Shown here in pieces: positions 34,555 to 39,565 of a stretch of DNA of 39,565 nucleotides. The DNA comes from Escherichia phage vB_EcoP_ZX5, in the sequence record MW722083.1; one strand, written 5' to 3'. A program made the translations under genes and the position numbers. Within the stretch, counting starts at the first letter, position 1. Each line of letters begins with the position of its first letter. Below the pieces are notes generated by a model. The model was not told where the DNA came from and did not search any database. It saw only the letters and a program-made list of their open reading frames with translations.

Positions 34555-36353
34555 GTTACTTTGGCCTTAATCCAGTAAACCAGAATCAGCAGCTTGACGA
34601 AGCAGCATCAAATCCAGTTGGCTTTAACAGCGATGTTGGTTTTTTCGACAATGCTGTAGGAGCGGCATTGTCTGGTTTGTACTCCGGGCTGGTGGCAAAG
34701 CCAGATCAGTTGCTATGGGCAGGGATGGATAAAATCGTATCCCCGATTGCTCAGCTTGTTAACGAAAACACCTCGCTCAATGACACTTCAGTTTCATACA
34801 TTGCTGAGCAGAGAAAACTAGCAGAGCAGCAGGTTAAGCGGCTGACGCCTGATGCCGCGACAACCGGAACCGCCGGGCAGGTCCTTTATGGGTTGTTCGA
34901 TATGGGCGGGCAGGCTGTTGTCGGTACAACGCTCGGTGGTCCGGTCGGAGGTGCTGCGGCGGTAACTTCTCTACAGGGTTTTTCTGAGTTTGAACGGTTG
35001 ACAGCACAGGGTGTTGATTTCAGGACGGCGCAGGAAGCGGGATTAGTGCAGGGTATTACTGCTGGTGCCGGAACACTGATCCCTATGAGCCTCGGGTTAC
35101 GTGCTGGTGGTGCGCTGGCGGAAGGTGTGGCGGCTCAGCTTGCGCGGACGGGTGAAAGTTCAGTGCGACGCGCCGCAGCAACAGCAATACGTGCAACGCC
35201 AGATATTGCCTATGCCGCAGGTACAAATATTGCGTTCGGTATGGCACAGCGTGGGCTTACTGCAAAAACGCTTCGTGATGGTGGCTATAGCGAAATGGCT
35301 AACCAGTATGATGTGTTGGATCGACAGGCAATTGCTATTGATGCTGTTCTTGGGGTGGCGTTTGGTGGTGTCGGCAGATTTATTAACTCTCGCGGCGAGT
35401 CTACAAGCGCACCAAATTTTTCACCAGTTGATATTGATGCTGCACTGGCGGCGAATGCCGCTCATCATGCTGAAATTGATATTGCTCCCGGCGTTCCGAT
35501 CAACGTGCTTTCGCGTAATTCGCACATTCAGGCTCTGCGAAAAGCCATGTCTGATGTTAGCCAGGGGAGACCTGTAGACGTTGCCAGCATTGTTGAGTCT
35601 GCATCTTTCAGTGAAATTCCTGGGCGCAAGAGTCTGCTGTCTCAGGCAGTTAATGAGGCTCTGTCATCTGTAGATGATGGAGTAACGGCGCGCGCTATAG
35701 AAAATCGGTTGCTTGAAGAACAGGCCGCGCAGCTTTTGTCGCGTGGCGATAGAAAGGTTTACCAGTCTGAAATCGCTAATAGCCAACGAATTATTGAAAA
35801 TCTCACTGAACAGCGCGCACAAATTCTTGCAGAAGAGCCAACCGGTAGCGGTAAGGCTTTATCTCGTGCTCGATCAGATAAACAGGCCAGACTTCGCGAT
35901 ATTGACCAACGAATCCGGCAGGCACAAGAACGCCTGGAATTTTCTCGTAACGCGTTGGCGCCGCACGAGCCTGGAGGTCAGTTTTTTGAAGCTCGAGCAG
36001 AACTGGCACGACGACAGCAGGCAGAAAGTGAACTTAATGCTCAGGCTGTTTCATTCTATAAAACAGCAGAGGTCAGGACGCCAGAAGAAGTAGCTCCTTT
36101 TGAGCCCGGTAAGATATTGCAACAGACAGAACAAAAAATGATGGCAGATCCGGCAGGAGATATTGATCTGCGCATAGCTGAAGACTCGCTGCTTGAATCA
36201 CCTGACATGATAATCACCGTGCTGGATGATGATGGTAATCCACAATCGCGCAGTGCGCGTGAAGCACTGGATGAAGCGAACAGGGAAAGTGAGCAGGCAA
36301 TACAGGATTCCAGCCTGTTTGATGTCGCTGTGGCGTGTTTCTTGAGAGGTTAA
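34551..36353 (+). CDS. internal virion / ejection protein
   Basis: 600-aa Ala/Gly-rich ORF coupled by ATGA. Confidence 0.6.
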   Translation: MSYFGLNPVNQNQQLDEAASNPVGFNSDVGFFDNAVGAALSGLYSGLVAKPDQLLWAGMDKIVSPIAQLVNENTSLNDTSVSYIAEQRKLAEQQVKRLTPDAATTGTAGQVLYGLFDMGGQAVVGTTLGGPVGGAAAVTSLQGFSEFERLTAQGVDFRTAQEAGLVQGITAGAGTLIPMSLGLRAGGALAEGVAAQLARTGESSVRRAAATAIRATPDIAYAAGTNIAFGMAQRGLTAKTLRDGGYSEMANQYDVLDRQAIAIDAVLGVAFGGVGRFINSRGESTSAPNFSPVDIDAALAANAAHHAEIDIAPGVPINVLSRNSHIQALRKAMSDVSQGRPVDVASIVESASFSEIPGRKSLLSQAVNEALSSVDDGVTARAIENRLLEEQAAQLLSRGDRKVYQSEIANSQRIIENLTEQRAQILAEEPTGSGKALSRARSDKQARLRDIDQRIRQAQERLEFSRNALAPHEPGGQFFEARAELARRQQAESELNAQAVSFYKTAEVRTPEEVAPFEPGKILQQTEQKMMADPAGDIDLRIAEDSLLESPDMIITVLDDDGNPQSRSAREALDEANRESEQAIQDSSLFDVAVACFLRG

Positions 36354-36358
36354 ATTAA

Positions 36359-38833
36359 ATGAGACAGGAATGTATACAAGCGGTTCAGCAGGCGGCGCAG
36401 CGCATGTTAACGGCGCGAGAAATACAGAACATTGAAGACCGCATTTATCGAAATATGCGCTCCATTGCTCGTGATGACCCTATGTCGTGGCGACAACTTT
36501 CCGAATCAGAGCGGCTATATCGAGCAGCACAATTGGCATCTGAAGAATTACAGCGAGAAGCGGCATTAAAGAAACGTCGTGTGGCCCTCACTATAGCCGC
36601 ACGTCAGAGATTGGATAAATTTATCAATAGCTATCAAGGGGCTGATGGGAAACTTGGCGCTCTTAACCGTACTATTGCTTTTAATGCAGACGGTAAATCG
36701 AATTTCCTCTCTGTTGAATCCAGAACAAAAGCCACTCGTGATTATGCATTGAGTCAATTGCAGGAGGCATTTGAAGCAGTTGATCCTCGCTTTTTTGGCC
36801 TGTTTGAAGATGAAGCTGGCGTGCGTGACCTGGTATATGAAATGCGAGGGCAAAATACTGGCAATGCTAAAGCAAGAAAAGGTGCTAAGGCGTGGAGAGA
36901 AGTGACAGAGCTACTGCGCCGCCGGTTTAATGATGCTGGTGGGGACATTGGCTATCTCGAAAACTGGGGGCTCCCTCAACATCATTCTATGGAAAAGGTT
37001 GGGGCGGTATCAAAGGATAAGTGGGTTAGCGATGTTATAGGTAAGCTGGATCGCAAATATTATACCCGAGTCGATGGACAACTGATGAACGATGCCGAGT
37101 TGTCTGCATTTCTTGGAGAGGCTTATAACACGATCGCTACTGGTGGGCTGAATAAGCTTACTGATACCGGAATGCGAATTTCCGGCGCACGTGCTAACCG
37201 GGGTAATGCATCACGACAGATACATTTCAAAGATGCAGATTCCTATCTGCAATATCAGCAACTTTATGGCGATCGCTCTCTATGGGAAATCATGGTCGGT
37301 CACCTGGAAGGTATCAGTAAAGATATTGCACTGGTGGAAACATATGGCCCAAACCCCGATCATGTTTTCCGCTCTCTTCTTGATCAGGTGAAGGCAGAAA
37401 CGGCAACAGCTAACCCGAGTAAAACCGGTAAAGTCGAGCGGCTGGCGAACAACACAGAGAATCTGTACAACTTTATTTCCGGAAAGACACAGCCTGTAGC
37501 GAATCCGCACATCGCGCGATGGTCTGACAATATCCGCAACTGGCTGGTTGCCAGCAGACTCGGATCCGCGTTGCTGTCATCGTTCTCTGATCTTGGAACC
37601 ATGTATCTGTCTGCGAAGGTTACCAACCTTCCAATGAACCAGTTATTCCGCAACCAGCTTGAAGCTATGGACCCAACGAACCGTACAGAACTTGCGCGGG
37701 CGCGCCGCGCTGGTCTGGCGATGGAATCTCTACTTGGCAGCGTTAACCGCTGGGCGATGGATAATATGGGGCCGTCTGTGTCTCGTTGGGCTGCAACGGC
37801 GGTAATGCGTGCCAGTGGGCTTACAGCATGGTCAGATGCGCACAAGCGCGCCTATGGCGTAACCATGATGGGAAGCCTGGGAGAAGTAGTGTCACGGACA
37901 CCAGACCTTCGTAGCCTCGATGATTCTGATTTTCGTATCCTGAAAAGCAAAGGGATTACTGACACAGACTGGAGCGTATGGAAGCTGGCGCAACAGGAGG
38001 ACTGGGGGAACGGTAATAATACGATGCTGACACCGGAAAGCATTATGCGTATCCCTGATTCAGCAGTTAAACATCTTGGTGAGCCTGAACGCGTGAAATT
38101 TGAGGCAATGCGTAAACTGCTCGGTGCCGTAACTGAAGAAGTTGATATGGCTGTTATTACACCGGGTGCACGTGAGCAACTGATAACCGGTTCTGGTATT
38201 CAGCGTGGAACATGGAAAGGTGAATTAACGAGAAGTGTTTTCCTGTTTAAATCGTTCCCTATCTCGGTGGTTATGCGTCACTGGTCACGCGCTATGGGTA
38301 TGCCGTCGGCTGGTGGGCGTGCGGCATATATTGCGACGTTTATTGCCAGTACGACCATTCTTGGCGCTTTGTCGCAGCAACTTAACGACCTTGCGTCTGG
38401 TCGTAATCCTCGCGAGATGACAGGAGAAGATGCTGCTAAATTTTGGCTTGGTGCTCTACTGAAAGGTGGTGGTCTTGGCCTTTACGGTGACTTTTTATTG
38501 TCAGATCACACTAGGTACGGAAGCGGCGCGCTGGCGTCGATGCTTGGCCCGGTAGCTGGTCTGGTTGATGACGTAGTGAAGATTGCTCAGGGCATACCGT
38601 TAAATGCTGTGGAAGGGAAGAATGAGCAGACTGGTGGTGATCTGGTTAAGCTGGGGAAAGGTCTGATGCCAGGTGCGAATCTCTGGTACTTAAAGGCGGC
38701 TCTCGATCACATGATCTTTAACCAGATGCAGGAGTATTTTTCACCAGGCTATTTGCGTAAAATGGAGCAACGTTCGAAGAAAGAGTTTAACCAGACATAC
38801 TGGTGGCGACCACAGGATGTCACTCCGCAATAA
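36359..38833 (+). CDS. large internal virion / ejection protein
   Basis: 824-aa ORF, last large gene of the late operon. Confidence 0.6.
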   Translation: MRQECIQAVQQAAQRMLTAREIQNIEDRIYRNMRSIARDDPMSWRQLSESERLYRAAQLASEELQREAALKKRRVALTIAARQRLDKFINSYQGADGKLGALNRTIAFNADGKSNFLSVESRTKATRDYALSQLQEAFEAVDPRFFGLFEDEAGVRDLVYEMRGQNTGNAKARKGAKAWREVTELLRRRFNDAGGDIGYLENWGLPQHHSMEKVGAVSKDKWVSDVIGKLDRKYYTRVDGQLMNDAELSAFLGEAYNTIATGGLNKLTDTGMRISGARANRGNASRQIHFKDADSYLQYQQLYGDRSLWEIMVGHLEGISKDIALVETYGPNPDHVFRSLLDQVKAETATANPSKTGKVERLANNTENLYNFISGKTQPVANPHIARWSDNIRNWLVASRLGSALLSSFSDLGTMYLSAKVTNLPMNQLFRNQLEAMDPTNRTELARARRAGLAMESLLGSVNRWAMDNMGPSVSRWAATAVMRASGLTAWSDAHKRAYGVTMMGSLGEVVSRTPDLRSLDDSDFRILKSKGITDTDWSVWKLAQQEDWGNGNNTMLTPESIMRIPDSAVKHLGEPERVKFEAMRKLLGAVTEEVDMAVITPGAREQLITGSGIQRGTWKGELTRSVFLFKSFPISVVMRHWSRAMGMPSAGGRAAYIATFIASTTILGALSQQLNDLASGRNPREMTGEDAAKFWLGALLKGGGLGLYGDFLLSDHTRYGSGALASMLGPVAGLVDDVVKIAQGIPLNAVEGKNEQTGGDLVKLGKGLMPGANLWYLKAALDHMIFNQMQEYFSPGYLRKMEQRSKKEFNQTYWWRPQDVTPQ

Positions 38834-38844
38834 AAGGAGATATG

Positions 38845-38967
38845 ATGGTTCAAATAACTTTTATTGTACTAATATGTGCAGCGTTTTTATGCTATTCATA
38901 CATTTTGATAAAAATGGGTTTCAATTGGAATCTCTGTTGCGTGCAGCGGCATGGTTCGGCTTTGTAG
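38845..38967 (+). CDS. small hydrophobic peptide (AT-rich moron)
   Basis: 40 aa not in the track; AAGGAG 38834-38839, ATG 38845 after 5-nt spacer; alternative overlapping 62-aa frame 38817..39005. Confidence 0.3.
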   Translation: MVQITFIVLICAAFLCYSYILIKMGFNWNLCCVQRHGSAL

Positions 38968-39052
38968 TATTCGGAATTGTATTGTTCGGAAGAATAATAA
39001 AATAACTAGTTAATTTGTGGATTGGTGCTGTTTTTCCATGATAGGGGTAATT

Positions 39053-39433
39053 ATGAGAAAAGTATTTTTGATTTTTGGATTTATGCTTCTCGTTGGATGC
39101 CAGTCAGCTGCACAGTTTGAAAGAAATATGCTTACGTGGCGCGGGCAGAGTATAGACGCAATGGTTCAGCAGTGGGGGTATCCTCAGGGAGAGCTTACAT
39201 CTCCAGATGGAAACAGAGTGTATGTTTACTCAAGCTCTGGTAGTTATAACGTACCACAAACCACAACGTATAATACTACGTCTAATCTAATTGGTAATAC
39301 TATATATTCAAACACATACGCAACAACTGATGGCGGTTATACACTCCATTTCAGTTGCTCTGTTTACGTTGAGTTTGGTGCTGATAAGATTATTAAAAAT
39401 GTTACATGGCGCGGTAATAATTGCGTTGCGTGA
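39053..39433 (+). CDS. lipoprotein, candidate superinfection-exclusion or surface-modifying moron
   Basis: MRKVFLIFGFMLLVGC signal peptide with lipobox; AT-rich relative to neighbours; followed by a terminator. Confidence 0.65.
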   Translation: MRKVFLIFGFMLLVGCQSAAQFERNMLTWRGQSIDAMVQQWGYPQGELTSPDGNRVYVYSSSGSYNVPQTTTYNTTSNLIGNTIYSNTYATTDGGYTLHFSCSVYVEFGADKIIKNVTWRGNNCVA

Positions 39434-39441
39434 CATGTCAC
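39430..39441. repeat. 12-bp perfect palindrome GTGACATGTCAC (copy 3) overlapping the lipoprotein stop codon
   Basis: exact match; abuts the terminator hairpin. Confidence 0.9.
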
Positions 39442-39467
39442 AGGCCGCTTTCGCGGCCTTGTTTTTA
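39442..39467 (+). terminator. intrinsic terminator after the lipoprotein gene
   Basis: 7-bp stem AGGCCGC/GCGGCCT with loop TTTC, then TGTTTTTA. Confidence 0.7.
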
Positions 39468-39565
39468 ACGAATGCCACCGCCACCCGGGCGGGAATCCGC
39501 AGAACGCCCACCGCAGCGGGAGCCGTCAGCGGCAGTATCGCTGTCGTGCTGACAACGACCGGCAA
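39465..39565 (-). CDS. possible 3' part of the junction-spanning secreted-peptide ORF (valid only if window end joins window start)
   Basis: frame continuous with 1..61 across the ends; stop TAA at 39467..39465 next to the convergent terminator. Confidence 0.25.
   Translation of the reverse strand, partial: AGRCQHDSDTAADGSRCGGRSADSRPGGGGIR

Noticed and set aside
39435-39565. Plus-strand ORF (MSQAAFAALF...) starting inside the lipoprotein terminator and running off the right edge
   Set aside because: Its start codon and first codons lie within the terminator hairpin; the shared AFAALF with the left-edge signal peptide uses different codons and is probably coincidental.
39308-39565. Track ORF 39308..39565 on the minus strand
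   Set aside because: Mostly antisense to the well-supported lipoprotein gene and not in the frame that joins the left-edge ORF; the plausible junction ORF uses a different frame and stops at 39465.

Overview
The window reads as an essentially complete ~39.5-kb temperate podovirus-type phage genome of an enterobacterial host, apparently in excised, circularly permuted order rather than as a prophage with host flanks. The integrase is internal, next to a candidate attP, and a small signal-peptide ORF appears split across the window ends. Gene order: (1) a leftward accessory arm with a DUF2335-like membrane protein, a small basic protein, a Bro-N/Ant antirepressor and a short paralog of the Ant C-terminal domain; (2) a 1039-aa tailspike; (3) a lysis cassette (two holin-like proteins, GH19-type endolysin, nested i/o-spanins); (4) candidate attP and a P4-type tyrosine integrase; (5) a leftward early operon (RecE-like exonuclease, RecT-like annealase, AlpA-family regulator, MT-A70 adenine methyltransferase); (6) a tandem-HTH repressor and Cro-like gene; (7) a rightward early operon with an O-like initiator (internal ori-like repeats) and a lambda P-like helicase loader; (8) the late operon: TerS, TerL, a minus-strand moron (small ORF plus tRNA-Arg(UCU)), T7-like portal, scaffold, major capsid, tail tubular proteins A/B, three large internal virion proteins, and a terminal AT-rich moron encoding a lipoprotein. 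The most notable signals are a 15-bp palindrome TTACC-N5-GGTAA at 14 or more promoter-proximal positions (candidate dispersed operators), a 12-bp perfect palindrome GTGACATGTCAC at three gene 3' ends, and an operator-associated two-gene cassette of unknown function. No rRNA, CRISPR array or transposase was recognised. Family assignments come from motif recognition by eye and recollection; nothing was searched or computed beyond simple counting.
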